Below, piece by piece: positions 15,356-29,656 of a stretch of DNA of 64,000 bases (its first letter is position 1; each line of letters starts with the position of its first letter). The translations under genes and the position numbers were made by a program. The notes under the pieces were generated by a model. The model was not told where the DNA came from. It worked only from the letters and a program-made list of their open reading frames with translations, and made no database searches. Source of the stretch: the human T2T-CHM13v2.0 reference genome, Homo sapiens; NCBI RefSeq assembly GCF_009914755.1, contig NC_060932.1. One strand, 5' to 3'.

Positions 15356-16554
15356 ATTCTAAAGCTATTAGAGGAGAAAAAGTCACTTTTGTGATGAGGG
15401 AATAATAACCTTTTAGAAAAGTGTATCATACCTTCTGGATATATATAGTCATTTGTTAACATAAGAAAATTAGCCATATGCTATGTCTTACTTATCTTCT
15501 TCATAAAATTACATTTGGAACATTTGTGAATAAGAAAAACATTTTTTCATATTTTCTAGAAAACCAAAAGCTACCATCATTGACCTCCTTTAAAACTTTT
15601 AATAAGAACAATATGAGTAATAAAAACAAGTTGAACACTTTCTATGAGCCATGCCATGCCTTATTTATTGCTTTACAGGTCATTTAATTCTCATAACAGC
15701 CTTATTAAGAAGTTCCTATTACTGTTTCTACTTTACAGAAAAGAAGTTTGGGATTCAGACAAATAATTCTATTGAGTAACTAAACTAGCACTCAAATCCA
15801 CCATCTTTTTCCATCGCATACCTGGTCTTCTCAAGCCTTACATATATCATGAAATTGGCATGTCCACAAGACACTTCAGACAGCTTTCTCTCAGGGTTTC
15901 ATCTGGGACTGTGTCATCTTGAGATCCTGCTGATTATTTACTCATAAGCATGCCAAGCTTTGTGTACCTCTTGCTTTTCAACATAGCTGCCAACTATCAG
16001 CCACAGAATCTCCCTTGGAACCATATGCTCTCCACAGTGAAAACTCCTTCTGGATTTAAGACTCAACATACTCACTCACACACACACTCGCCCACTTTTC
16101 CTCCATTCCACTGAAGTCACTGCATAATCTTTATAGACTTTTCTTGGCTTGGTGTTATAGAACTGCACATTTTGGACAAATCATGTACTCTCTTTGAAGC
16201 TAAATTTTTGTTTTTGTGAAGGTCAAATGAGATGAGTGACAGTCCTTCAGATAATATCAAGTACTAAATAAAGCCAAGCTATTATTGATGCTGTCATCCC
16301 CCTTTCTTAGACCAATGTTACTTAAGCCCTGAACTAAACGGGCTTTACCCTGACATTTACAAATTCTGTCAGGACAGTGCAGCATACTAAAGAGAGGAAA
16401 AGCTCGAAGTAAAACACGTTTGAGTTCCAGCTAGCTCTTTAGCTTACTAGATGTGTGACTTTAAGCCTTAACAACCCCACCTTAAAAATATGCTTAACAC
16501 TATCTAGCTCAGAAAGCTTTGTGAAGATTAAATTGTATGATTTATATAAAGCAT

Positions 16555-17194
16555 CGATGGTAATCAGAATTCTAAGATGGTCCCCAAGATTGTTGCTGCC
16601 TAGTATACATGCCCTATACAATTACCTACATCGAATGTACACAGATCTCGTGAATATGATGGGATCTGACTCCTATGACTAGGTTACTAATAAACTAACT
16701 TTGAGTTAATAAAAATGGAGATTATCATGTGTGAGCCTCACCTACCAGATGAGTCCATAAAAGAAGTGTTAGGTCCTTTATGAAGGAAGAGGTTGAGAGA
16801 GAGGGAAAGACTCTGACTCTCCTGTTGGCCTTGAAGAACCAAAATGCCATGTCATAAAGTGGGCCACACAGGTAGGTCTGAAGGTGATCTCTAGGAGCCA
16901 AGACAGACCCAGCCAATAGCAAGCAAGAAAGCAGGGACCTCAGTCCCACAGCTGCAAGGAACTGATTTCTACCATCAAGCACAATGAGCTTGGAAGCAGA
17001 TTCTTTCCAATCCCACCCTCCGGATGAGTACACAGCCTAGTCAATGTCCCCATTCCAAGGTTGTAAAATCCTGAATAGAGAACCCTGTTGGGCCACATCT
17101 AGACCCTGGGCTACAAAACTGTGAGATAAACAGGTGTTGTTTAAAGCTACTAAGTTTGTGGTTATTTGTTACACAGCAAGAGAAAATAAACATA
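16555..17194 (+). mobile_element. MLT1E-like MaLR solo LTR
   Basis: cagaattctaagatggtcccc...ggccttgaaga...gagcttggaagcagattctt...ttatttgttacacagcaa. Confidence 0.88.
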
Positions 17195-17679
17195 GCACCT
17201 AGTACATGCTGTTTGCCAAGCAAACAGTACATGCTCAGTAAAAATAACATTTATCAATGCCCTCAAAAATATATTTGCTGTATCCAAAAGTAAATACGTT
17301 CTGTCTTGCTTCCTCATCTTCATGCACGTTACTTTACTGTACCTGGTATTCCTTTCTTCTTTACTTCTATCCAATTCTTCACCTAGCCAGCTCTTACTCA
17401 TCCATGAGATCACACCTCTGTAAAGCTCTAGGTGGCTGAAGAGACTAAATCACAGGTTTTCAGTGACTACACTGGGATCACATACCCAGTTGCCAATAGA
17501 GCTGAGATCATAGCCTCAATTTCCTGATATCTACAGCACCTAACATCCCTTTGCCTCTCATTTTCTCCAGTGTCCTCCCAGCTGTATCCCTGAGGATGCC
17601 TGGTTTATCTTATACACCACCCTAGTTTTCTCCCTAGTCAACTTTTCTCAATAATTCTCTTAAAACAGGCATCTTTACC

Positions 17680-18076
17680 TGTTCTAGACTGAATGTTTAT
17701 AATTCTACTCCCCCTCCATTCATATGTTGCAGCCCTAATCCTCAATGAGGCTGTATTTTGAGATGGGGCCTCTAGAGAACTAAGGTTAAATAAGGTCATA
17801 AGCGTGAGGCCCTGATCCAATAAGACTAGTGTCCTTGTAAGAAGAGAAAGCAGAGAACTCCCTCACTGTCTTGGTGTGTACACAAAGATGTCATATGAGC
17901 ACATAGTAAGATGGTGGCCATCAACAACCCAGGGGGAGAGCCCTCGCCGGAAACCAAATCTGCTGGCATGTTGATTTGGCACTCCCAGCCCCCAGAACTG
18001 TGAGAAAATAGGTTTATTTTGTTTCAACCACCCAGTCTATGGTATTTTGTTATGGCAGCCTGGGCCAACCAAGACA
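17680..18076 (+). mobile_element. MLT1A/MSTD-like MaLR solo LTR
   Basis: tgttctagactgaatg...ggtattttgttatggcagcc...aagaca; flanks ttacc/ctacc (5-bp TSD, 1 mismatch). Confidence 0.88.
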
Positions 18077-19104
18077 CTACCCCAACAGTGAGAGAAATAA
18101 AAGTCCAGTCCAAAGAAATCTCCATCCATACAATGTCAGAGTGTACCAGTGGGTCAAAGTATTCCCCATCAACATTGGTTGGTCTGGACCCGAAGTTATA
18201 AACAAATCACATCATTCATTCTATATCTCACCACATATCCACAGGAGGTATTTGTTAGCAAAACAACTTTTCAGCCTGGAAGGTGACTTTTATTTTCACA
18301 ATTTATGGGAATAAAAACTAAATGGCATAGTCAGTTGCCCCATTAAAAATCCACTGCTAGTTCTTGTCACAAGCAAACATGATTTTAAAGGTGTTTGGTC
18401 CAGGTGGTCCTCAAATATGATTTAGATATCAATGTTGTATAAGCCAAGTCACTGTTTATTGTACCATGCAAGCTGGCTATTGAGAAACTTTTTGTGAGGA
18501 AATTCAGGTTCCTGACCAGGTACTCAAGGCTCTCTAAACATTCCCTTACATGAGTAACCAGGAAGTGGTGCAACACCATGGTTGAGGGAACAAGAGATGC
18601 TTTCTCAGGAAAGGGACCACCCAAAGCTGTCATGATTATTATTTCCCAGTGTATTTGTTAGACATTTATTTTGTGTTTGTTCCCAGCATATTTATTAGAC
18701 ATATATTTCGTGACAAACATTTTGTTAAACCCTAGGGCTATAGACACAGTCCCTATCCTCAAAAACTGAAGTTCTGATAGGAAGTGGAGAAGTACACCAT
18801 CATTGCAATATGGGTAGGGTGTACAGTGTTATATTGAAAGTGGGTTTGACCGTGAATAATGACACTGAGGGAAGACTCTCACTCTGATGAATTATATTGC
18901 TTTTTACAATGCCAGTAGGTGGAAACGCCAAAGTAACAGACTCCAGTTGGAAAAAACAAAAAGACTTTGCTAATTGTCAGAGCTGTCCAAAAAGGAGATG
19001 GACAAAAGGAAGTGAGTGTCTCTTCCCTGAAAATACTCAAGCTAAAACTGAAACCCTATGGATACAAGAGAGTTTAACATAGTACTCAAAAGTGTAGGTG
19101 TTAG

Positions 19105-19320
19105 AACAAAATTCTCCATCTTGGAACTATTGATGTTTTGGCTGTTTTCTTTGTGGGGGAAATGTCCTGTGCCTTGCAGAATGTTTAGCAGCGCCCCTGC
19201 CAGTAGTACCCACCTATTCCCAGTTGTGACAAACAAAACTATCTCCAGACATTGCAAAATATCTCCCAGGGCTGAATTGAGGAAGGCAAGGGAGTGTCCC
19301 TCCTGGTCGAGAACCTCTGG
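19105..19320. mobile_element. MER20 hAT-Charlie element
   Basis: gtcctgtgccttgcagaatgtttagcagc...ccagttgtgacaa...tctccagacattgc...gagaacctctg. Confidence 0.85.
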
Positions 19321-20035
19321 AATAGAGGAAATCAGGAATGAGTTTGAATGTTGGCTGTAAAATTTTCTTGCTGTGTAATCTTGCACAGGCCACCAATCTC
19401 ATTAAGCCCCTGTTTTCTTTTCAATAAAAATGAGATACAGGGCACCACCTCACAGCTTGGAGGGAGGAGTTAGGAAATATTGAAGGTAAAGTGCTCAACA
19501 AATTATAGCTACAGTTATTGTCGATGTCAAGTTGGCAGCCGCTGAAGGCAGAGGAAGAGTAGATATCCCACATTTAAGGTTTTTTCCAAACTGAGATTCC
19601 CTAATTCTAAGTGGAAACAACAACTAATTCTTTTATCTAGATTCATATTTTTCTTAAATACAGCTTCTTTGAAAAATATGTAAAATGTCTCACTGCAAGG
19701 AGACAGAGATTTTTCATTACATTCGGGTAATGAAGAAACATTCGCTGAGTTAACTTGAAAATCCAAATGCACTGTATTTTGAATATATTGTATATTCTGT
19801 ATATTGCTAGAGCAGAGGTTCTTATCTCCCATTCATTCTTCCTAATTCCACCCATGTTGATGTTCCCCACGTTGCAATAAAAGACTGTAGGAAGTGTGCT
19901 CACAAGCTGTCCACTGCATGCCAAGCACAGTGCTGAATATTTCACACACATCACCTTGTTTAATCCAAAGAGAAGAATCACTTTCTACCTAGCATCTAGA
20001 TGAAGAAGAAAAAAAAGCCCATCTTTGATGCTCTT

Positions 20036-20454
20036 TGATATAGTTTGGATATTTGTCCCCTCCAAATCTCATGTTGAAAGGTGATCCCCAGTGTTGGAGG
20101 TGGGGTCTAGTGGGAGGTGTTTGGGTCATAGGAGTGGATCCCTCGTGAATGGCTTGGTGCCCACCCTGCACATTACAGTGGATGCTTGCTTGGTTCGTTC
20201 ACAGGAGAGCTGGTTGTTTAAAGAGCCTGGCCCCTCCTTTCTCTCTCTTGCTCCCTCTCTCACCGTGTGACATGCCAGCTCCTCCTTCGCCTTCTGCCAG
20301 AAGTAAAAGTTTCCAGAGGCCTCACCAGAAGCTGAGTAGATGTTGGTGTCATGCTTGTACAGCCTGCAGAATCATGAGTCAAATAAACCCCTCTTCTTTA
20401 TAAATTACTCGGACCCAGGTATTCCTTTATAGCAACACAAATCAGACTAACACA
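20036..20454 (+). mobile_element. MSTB-like MaLR solo LTR
   Basis: tgatatagtttggatatttgtcccctccaaatctcatgttgaa...aaataaacccctc...gactaacaca. Confidence 0.92.
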
Positions 20455-22254
20455 TGCCCTCACCTATTTGCCAAACTTATTTTCCCACCTTTAGGATCCC
20501 CTTCTTGTATAGACATTTCTCTTTCATAAGCTTTAGGGCCATTCATGGAAAGATTTAAGTCATATATAAGAAGAATTTTAAAATGTTTACTTCAATGACA
20601 TTCATTTAATCACCAAATATGTGTTGTGCCTTTATGAGCTGGGCACTATACTAGGCATTACGGTTTTAGGGAAAGATTCTATATAATCCTGAACTTCAAA
20701 GAACTCACAGTGGAGTTCCCAACCCCTAGATTCTAATTCAATTGGTTGAGAATCAGGCATTGGGTTTTTAAAATTTTTCAGGCAATTCTAACGAACTGAT
20801 AGATTTCAGAACTACTATACTGTATTGAAGCTCTCTGTATAGCAGACAGACCGCACTTAATCAGCTAGACATTCAAACACAGCAGATGCAGTAGTGTCTA
20901 TAAATATTGGCTTCACTCCTAAACCATGGATGTATCTGTTTCAGAGATCTCTGAGTTCCCACCCAGGTCAGAGAGTCTGCAGTCAAACCACTGCAGCAAC
21001 AATCACAAAAGGATCTGACATTTGCTCTTTTATTGTGACTACTTAAAATACTCTTGCGGAAAATCTCTGTCACCGATCAAGCAGCTAAACTTCCAAATTC
21101 AGCAAATTTGAATTATTCATGATATGAATTATATGTAGTCATTTGGGAGAAACATATCTAAAGTCATTTTCTTAAAAGCAATGTTTCGACAAGGACACAG
21201 AAACTTTTTGGGTAAGTCATAAATTTCACCAAATGCTATATAAGGTTATTTTATTGGCCTTATTTCCCCCCAAACAATTTGGAGGGTAGGCTCCCTGAAG
21301 GCAATCAAGATAGCTTCTCGCATGTGCTGGGAAATGAAAACTTGAATTACAATTCTCATTGTCAGGAATAATTTTTTTCTAGTTGTGATTTGTGGATGGT
21401 TCTGGGGATCAATCACTGTCTAGCAAAACGGGCCAATTCAGAGGAGTGGGTGTTTTTTCACGTTATTTCCTCCTTTCTGTCAGATAATTTAGATAGTGAT
21501 GGAGTGGAGGTCAGAGAAAAAGGTATTTTATTTCTTATGAAAGAAAAATGCATCCCTCCATGTCTTATAACCACAGTTAAGTATATCAGCACTACAAATA
21601 GCAACTAGCCTATAAACTGGGTAGTGGTTCACCAGAAAAGAAAGTTTGGCCAGTGTAAGCTCATTGGCTCAGAACTAAGAAAACCTTCATGTTTGTATAC
21701 TGTTTGGAGAGCTTGTTTAATTATACCTGCCTTTTGTTTGTTTCCCCAGATTGGACAGGACAAAGTCACATAAATAAAAATGAATACCATCAATGCACAT
21801 TTTAATTCTCTTCTGTCTTTTTTCTACTTTTGACATCTGTGTGTATTTCAGAATAGCCCCAGTCATTGCCTCATAAGAATGACAGAACATGGATGGAGAA
21901 GGTCCAGGAAAAAATAAATGAATGACCAAAAGATTTGGCAAGCTGCCATATGAAGACAGAGAGTCAACAAAACAAAACAAAATGCCACGGGCTGAAAAGG
22001 GATATGGTTGAAATCTATTAAACTATTACAGATGTGGACGTATAGTTGGTTCAGCAAAAATCCCAAATACCAGACTTTGAGAATACCCACCTTGAATTCC
22101 CGAGGAAGAAATTTATACAATGAACTGTATAGTGATTTCTGATAGACAAAGCAGGAGTCCTATGAGACTAGATTTTATTTCAAAACTAACAACCCTAAAG
22201 CTTTTAACTGACCTCTGCCAAGGTTGCTTTGCTAGTATATATGAATATAAATCA

Positions 22255-22490
22255 TAATAACACCTACCATTTGTTAGGTTTTTACCATGCACTGGCTACT
22301 ATGTTAAGCATTTCCATGCTTTATTTTGCTCTTTTAATTTCACAACAACTTTTGAAAATTCAGTACTGTTATTATCTCCTTTATACAGTGAGGAAGCTTA
22401 GACTTAAAGAACCATGTGAACATCTCAAAATTACATGGCTTGTGTGTAATGGAAGGAATTTTGTAAACCAGGCCATCTGATTCCAATATT
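22255..22490 (-). mobile_element. MIR
   Basis: aataacacctaccatttg...ttatctcctttatacagtgaggaagcttagactta...aggccatctgattcca. Confidence 0.65.
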
Positions 22491-23142
22491 CATGCTGATC
22501 AGGCCAACTAATTCTAAAACCCCCAAGCCATTTTACTTCAGTGTATATGTGTGTATGTATGTATCCTAAAAAAGGATTTGATTAGAGCAACACACACTTA
22601 GTAAGTGGCAATTTTGAGGTTAAAATTTAAGACTTCTGAATACAAGCTTATGATTCTTTCCTCTAACCCACAGTTACTTTATTTCAGACAAACAAAGGGG
22701 AGTTTTTACATGGTAGGTAGTAAAGTAAGTAAGCCTTGTTAACTAAAAGTAACAGTTCAGGCTAAAATATTAAGTAGCTTCATGAAGTGTTGAGATATGT
22801 TTATGCTTGACATGGGTTATCAAGAAAAGTTGGGACATTGGAGCACATCTTCATCAAGGAACATAGCTGTCCCTCTCATACCATAGCCATTGCCAGAGAC
22901 AGCTGTCCAGCTCATAGGTACAGCATACGAGTTGTTCTCACAGTTCTGGAGAACAAAAAGTCAGAATTGCCCAAAGCAAAATAGAAATATGGTCCAATAG
23001 AGTTGCTTCAGCCTTTAGATGGGACCTGGTTACCAAATTACCATGAGCAACTTTATCAAGGCCCAAGATCTATCGAAATTACACAGTCCTCCATTTCACT
23101 CTGGCTATAAGACTTCCTTGAGAAGGAAACATAAAGACCTAG

Positions 23143-23561
<419 letters not shown>

Positions 23562-24982
23562 TCAGGTCTACTCTTTACCTCTCAGTCTTTGCATGCTTCT
23601 CTCCATTCTTGCTTTCTTAGAAATTTGGATGGCTCACTCTGATTCATCTTTTCCCATATCCACAAGGATTACAGAATTCCAAAGGATTAATGAACCTAGA
23701 AAAATCTAATAAATACAAAAGCTTCAGCAAAATAAGCTTCTTTCATCTGTGGCCTTGAATTTAAGACTTATTTTGGCACAGTTTCATGGGATACATTTGT
23801 TCTCTGAAAATATTCATTGTTTTTAGAGCAATGTATTGCCATTAACAAAAATATAGAAGAGTATCCTCGAAGCCATTTAGTTATTCAGCAAAAATCTAGG
23901 GAACATTTATTATGTGTCATCATGAGTGAGGTATTATGGGAAATATGAAGATGAGCAAGACATCACTCCTGTCCTCAAGGCAAATTCTATCTGGTAGAGG
24001 AAACAAGTCTCCTTAGTGTTCTAGCCACTATAACGTAGAGTAGAAAGTCAGCAGGTGAAGAAATCATATTACCATTTTGCTGTTCTGCTTATTAAATAAG
24101 ATCATGTATGTAAAATTAAGTGCTACAGGAGGCCAAAGACAAGCTTCCCCCCACAAGATACAAGGACCACAAGCCACGTGGCAGTGGAAGTATGAATGGC
24201 TAGGAGGAGATCTCAAGAAGCTATATGTGACATAATATTTCAAAATGCATTCAAGACAAAAAGCTGATAGTTTCCTAAAAAAATGACATTTTTTCCTACC
24301 CTCACATCTCTCCTTACTCTCCTGCAATGAGTCTGAAAGACCTTGCTGTTTCCTAGAAACCTGGCCTGTAACACAGTTAAGAATCCATTTTATGGGAGAA
24401 GTCTAGAGTCAGAAAGTTTAAGAAAGGAGAAGATTGTCCCTTTGAGAAGATAAGGTAGTAGTTTTGTGTTTTTGCTTGGGAGCCCAGAAATGTCAAATAC
24501 TACCTCTGCTTGTGGCCCAAAATGCACAGAACAGGAAGGAAAGATGTTCAACAAAACTCAAACTCCAATAAGCTCTACCCCCACAGCCCAGGATAAGAGC
24601 ATCTTGGGATCAGTGTTCAGCAAACATTATTCCATTCAATGTGTGTTTCCTTCAGCTGCTGGGTGGAGTTTATTGATAACAACGAGCCCTGGGCAGAGGG
24701 CCAAGCTACAGCAAGCAAAGAGGAGGAATTGTTTGAATGTGACACCCAGTGCCCTCCCTGTCTTCTCATCCCTCTTCTATCTACATGCAAATTCTGACTT
24801 TCAATATTCAGGCAGGGGACCTGAACCATTTAGTTGTATTTGTTCTTTTTTCTTTGTAATTTCCACACTTCTGCATTGAAAGAAGGAAGCTCTAGAGATA
24901 GCAACGAGCATTTCAATAGGGCTTCATCTATCAAACATTCTTCACATGCATTTCACATCTCCTGTGCTCTTGGCAACACTCC

Positions 24983-25167
24983 TGTGGGGTCCATTCCATC
25001 CATCCAATTTTATGGATGAAGACTTAAGACTCAGAGAGAATAAGCGACTTGCCCACACTGACACCATAATGGATGATGTGGGATCCATTGCATCCATCCA
25101 ATTTTATATAAGAAGACTCAAGGCTCAGAGAGAATAAGGGATTTATTCACCATAATGAGTGATGTGG
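24983..25167. repeat. Tandem duplication (~94-bp period) of a MIR core fragment
   Basis: tgtggg.tccatt.catccatccaattttat...ctcagagagaataag starts at 24983 and again at 25077. Confidence 0.9.
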
Positions 25168-25225
25168 CAACACAAACAACCCTAACTCCAACCTTTACAT
25201 TCCCTTTTCTATACCACAAGGCCTC

Positions 25226-25637
25226 CGCTGTAGTTTGAATGTGGCATGTCCACACCAAAACTCATGCTGAGACTTGGATCCCAATGTGGTGGTGTTGGAG
25301 GGTGGGTCCTTTAAGAGGTGATTAGGTTATTTAAATGGATTAATGTCTTTCCCCCCAGACTGGGTTAGTTCTCTTGGGACTGGATTAGTTCCCATGAAAG
25401 TGAGTTGTTGCACAGTGAGATTGCCTCTCATGTTTTGCCCTTTCTCATGAGCCCAGCTGCCCTTCTGTTTCTCTGCCACATTTTGATACAGCACAAGGCC
25501 CTCACTAGAAGCCACCAGATGCAGCCCTCAATCTTAAACTTCCCAAACTGCAAAGCCATGGGCTAAATAAACCTCTCTTTTTGTAAACTACCCAATCTCT
25601 AGTGCTCTGTTATAGCAACACAAAATGGATTAAGGGA
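25226..25637 (+). mobile_element. MST-family (MSTB1/MSTC-like) MaLR solo LTR
   Basis: gctgtagtttgaatg...caaaactcatg...aaggccctcactagaagc...aaataaacctct...gttatagcaacacaaaatgga. Confidence 0.85.
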
Positions 25638-26344
25638 GACTTTCTACTGAAAACAGCATGATTCCAGTTGTTTGAGAAAGCAAATTGAGCAAGCAGGAAA
25701 TAAATTCCTCAAGGTGAAATAACTCAATAAGTCAAAAATTATGTACTCCTTAATGTAGTATCAGTCAAAGGAAACAGCAAAGGAGGAATATAGGAAGTCT
25801 TTGGGGACAATAGGCTTCAAAAAAATTCAAAGAAAATATAACTGATTCTAACTTATTTATTCCTCTCACTCCTATCTCAAAGACCTTGGTTTTTCCTCAA
25901 AAATATTTGTACAAAAAGCATGCTTAGCTAAGAAAATGATTGCAGGCAGGCTGTGTAATTTCATGCCTCTCAAAGTAATCATCAGAAGGTCATCCTTTAT
26001 AAGAAAAAAAACAGCCTTCTGGATTATTTATGGTAAGAGCCACCATGAGCTGAGAGCCTGCTTGGGGCCAGGCACTGTTAGAGAGGTCCACAAGTGGCTC
26101 ATTTGTTGAGGAATGCAGATGGTTTTTTGCTACTTCTCAGTAGCCTTTCACACTGTGAGATGGCTGTGATTAGGAGCATCACCTAAGGGATTGCAGGTCA
26201 GAACAGAAAAAAAACAACTGACTGTAGGCTTCAGCCTCACCAACTTTGCCCACCAGGTTGCCTCTCCAGCTGTAGATACCCTCCCGCTTGCAACTTCTTC
26301 AGAGGAGAAATCCTACACCAATGGGCAGTGCATATCTACAAATT

Positions 26345-26770
26345 CAGAGCCCCCAGTCTTACAATGAAAAAAATAGAGAAACCCAAATTAAGGGATATCC
26401 CTACCAAATGTCTGACCAGTACTCTTCAAATCTGACCAGGTCATGGAAAACAAAGCAAGACTAAGAAACTGTCACAGACCAAGGGAGACTAAGAGGACAT
26501 GATGACTAAATGTAAAGTGGTACCCTGGGTGGGCTTCCAGAAAAAAAGAAAGACATCAGTGGAAAAGCTGGAAACTCCAAATAAAATCTGGAGTTTACTT
26601 TAGAGTAATATATTATACCAATGTTAATTTCTTAGTTATGACAAATTACTATGGTAATATAAGATACCAATAGGAAAACAAGGAGAGGGATATATAGAAC
26701 TCTCTGGATGATCTTTGCTACTTTTCTTTAAATCTAAAAGTATTTCAAAATTAAGAGTATATTTAAACAA
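26345..26770 (+). mobile_element. L1MC4/5-like 3' end
   Basis: aaacccaaattaaggga...gactaagaaactgtcacaga...ccaatgttaatttcttagtt...taaatctaaaa. Confidence 0.8.
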
Positions 26771-27375
26771 ACAACAAAAAAGGCAATGCAAATATTTATT
26801 CAACACCTACTAACCACCAGGCACTGTTCTATACACTGGGGTTACAACAGTGAACAAAATGAGCTTTGTCCCTACCATCATGGGACAGAATCTAGTAGGA
26901 AACAACTACCACCTGAGCAGCCCCAAGTGCCTGGGCCCTCTAAGGAAGACTTTCCTCTAATATCAATGTAAAATTACTCAAGCCCTATTCCTTACCAGCC
27001 AAGAGAAATTCAGTCCCCTCATAACTATTTCTGAAAATTCCTTTGGGTATAAAAAGATGGCGATTATCACCTCTTGTTAGTTGCTCCAAATTCCAGCTCA
27101 GGCTACTACAACACCATCTATGGCCTTCTGGACACCTGCTCTTTCTGGCTCTTGTCCCACTGCTCTACATGGACACAGCCTAATCCCACTTCCTTCATTC
27201 CTACAATATTATTAACTCAAGTAGTAATCGCCTAATATTAGACTGCAAATATCACTAAGCTTAGAGTCCCCATCTCAGATGAAGGGTCCCTCTCTGACAT
27301 TAGGCCATCTCCCTCTTAGGGCTTAACCCAGAACTGGGACTGGGTCCCTTCTCCCTGTACCAACTCCTTCCCTAA

Positions 27376-27858
27376 TGTGTTAGTTAATATTTTAAGTATT
27401 TCAAGTATCAACCTGACTGGGCCATGGGGTGCCCCAGATACATGGTCAAACATTATTTCCAGGGTGTCTGTGAGGGTGTTTCTGGATGAGATCAACATTT
27501 GAATCAGTAGACTGAGTAAAGCAATTGCCCTCCCCAGTGTCGGTGGGCTTCATCTAATCCACTGAAGGTCTAAAAAGAATAAAAAATTGGATAGGAAAGA
27601 ATTACCTCTGTCTCTGTCTGACTATCTTTAAACTGGGACATTGTCTCCTTGCCTTCAAACTCTGACTTGGACTAGAACTTACACCATTCAGTCTCCTGGG
27701 TCTCAGGCTTACAGATCCTGAAACTTCTCAGCCTCCATAACTGCTGAACGGTTTATGATAAATTTCCTTGCACATCCTTTAACTTATCTTAATTTTAAAT
27801 AAATAAGTAAATAAATCTTGTATTGTTTCTATTTCTCTGGAGAACTCAGACTAATGCA
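27376..27858 (+). mobile_element. MLT2 (ERVL) solo LTR
   Basis: tgtgttagttaat...tcaacctgactgggccatggggtgccccaga...gtgtctgtgagggtgtttctggatgagat...tctctggagaac...gactaatgca. Confidence 0.9.
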
Positions 27859-29656
27859 CTTATCTAGTAAATCTTCTCCTTTCTAACCCCCTTACCTCTT
27901 CTCTCCTGTGTCTGCCTATTGCAGGGCAGGAGGAAGGACACAAAAATTCCTATAGCTTCATTATGCAAAGGAATTTTAACATCTTCTTTGTTTCAGCCAT
28001 TGGCATCCAGACCCTCTCTGGGCCTTCTTATGGAAAACAAGGTGTCTACTAGGCTGTTTTCCTGAATAATTGAGTGATTCTCTCTCCAATCATATTTTTG
28101 CCTTTATCCTAGTCTTAATCAGGCAAGAATATAGCAGTCTTTAGATTGGTTGATTTTTGTCTTTCAAATTAGCACCACTTATTCTCCACTGTTAACATCA
28201 CTGTGTCAGAGGTAATTAATGGTAGCTACCTCTTCCTTAGAATTTTATAAAATGCTTTTATAAACATTGTTTCAGATGCTCCTCACATAAATTATTTGGA
28301 GCAGGTATTACCATCTCCATTGATTGAGTGATGGCTAAGCTATTGCAACTGGTAAGGGAGAAATCTAAGACTGACTCTGGGATTTTAGATTATGAGGCCA
28401 ATGTTTGTTTCACTATGTATAAGCGTATTAGTCACACACACACTAACACAGAAACTTGGAAATCTCAGAGTTGGAAGACATGGTAGAGACAACAGATCTG
28501 GATCAGCTACCAATACAGGAAATTTCTCCACAGTGTCCCAAGTCATACAGGAAACATCAAGGGGGCCAGTGTGTATGGAGTTCAGTGAGTGAAAGGGATA
28601 AAGAGAGAAAGAAATCAGAGAAGTGGCTATGGGCCAGATTAAGTAGGAAAGGCAGTATTTGAATCTTCCTGAGTTCTCCCCCAGAGTGTATGAATTTCAC
28701 CTCTGCTCTCTGCACCCTGCAGGCATGGAGAGAGAGAAAGGACCTAGACAAACAAGCATCAATAATCTCAGAATACAGACAACCTGGATATTCAGCTATT
28801 GCAGTCAGAATTTTAAAGAAAATTGGTACATCCATTTTTTTAATGTCATCTAAGTGGAACTTAAAATGTAGAAATCTTGCTGTTTGGATATGTGATGTAA
28901 TTCAGAACTGAAGAGAAAAACGATGTCTCCCTGGGGTCAAAAGAAAATCTGATACACAAGTTATTAAAAGCCATCCCTTAAGTCTAAACTAAATTTTTCC
29001 TGCTGTCGTTTAGACCATTTATTCTCATTTTATTCTAACAGAAGGTAATAAACCAGGGTATTTTCCTTGTAAAATACCCTCCAAGGAACTGCATTTCCAG
29101 GAGAAATTCTGCCAGGTCACATATGACAAAAGAATAGAGCAGCCTGCTCCAAATGCACATCCCCAGCTGCTCACACAGACACACACATGCATACACACAC
29201 ATGCACATGCATAGACAAGCAACAACGACTGCCGGGCTGTCAGGCTGGGCGCCACGCGCTTCTCACAGCATGTGTTCAATGCTGCATGTAGTAATCCAAA
29301 AAGGGGAAGAGCTCTCTTCCAAGCCCAAGCCCTGACCTTCCCCTCCCCCACACACCTACCCTTACACTGCTTCTCTGGCAGCACGACCCCTGCTCCAGGT
29401 GAACAGCCCAACTGCTCAAGGTCACCTGACCTTCACAAACACCATGAGGGAACAAATCTCCGCATGCACACCCCACCCATGGCCAAGGTCACAAGGCCCC
29501 ATTGGACATTATCCTTGGTGCAGATGTAAAGATTCCAGAGTCTTACCCAAGTCATTGAGAATGTTCACTAGTCCTCCAATCATCACACATTTTCTTCTAA
29601 CTCCCACACTTAGAGGCATTCTCTTTTCCTACTAGTTTTCTCTCCTTTCACAACCA

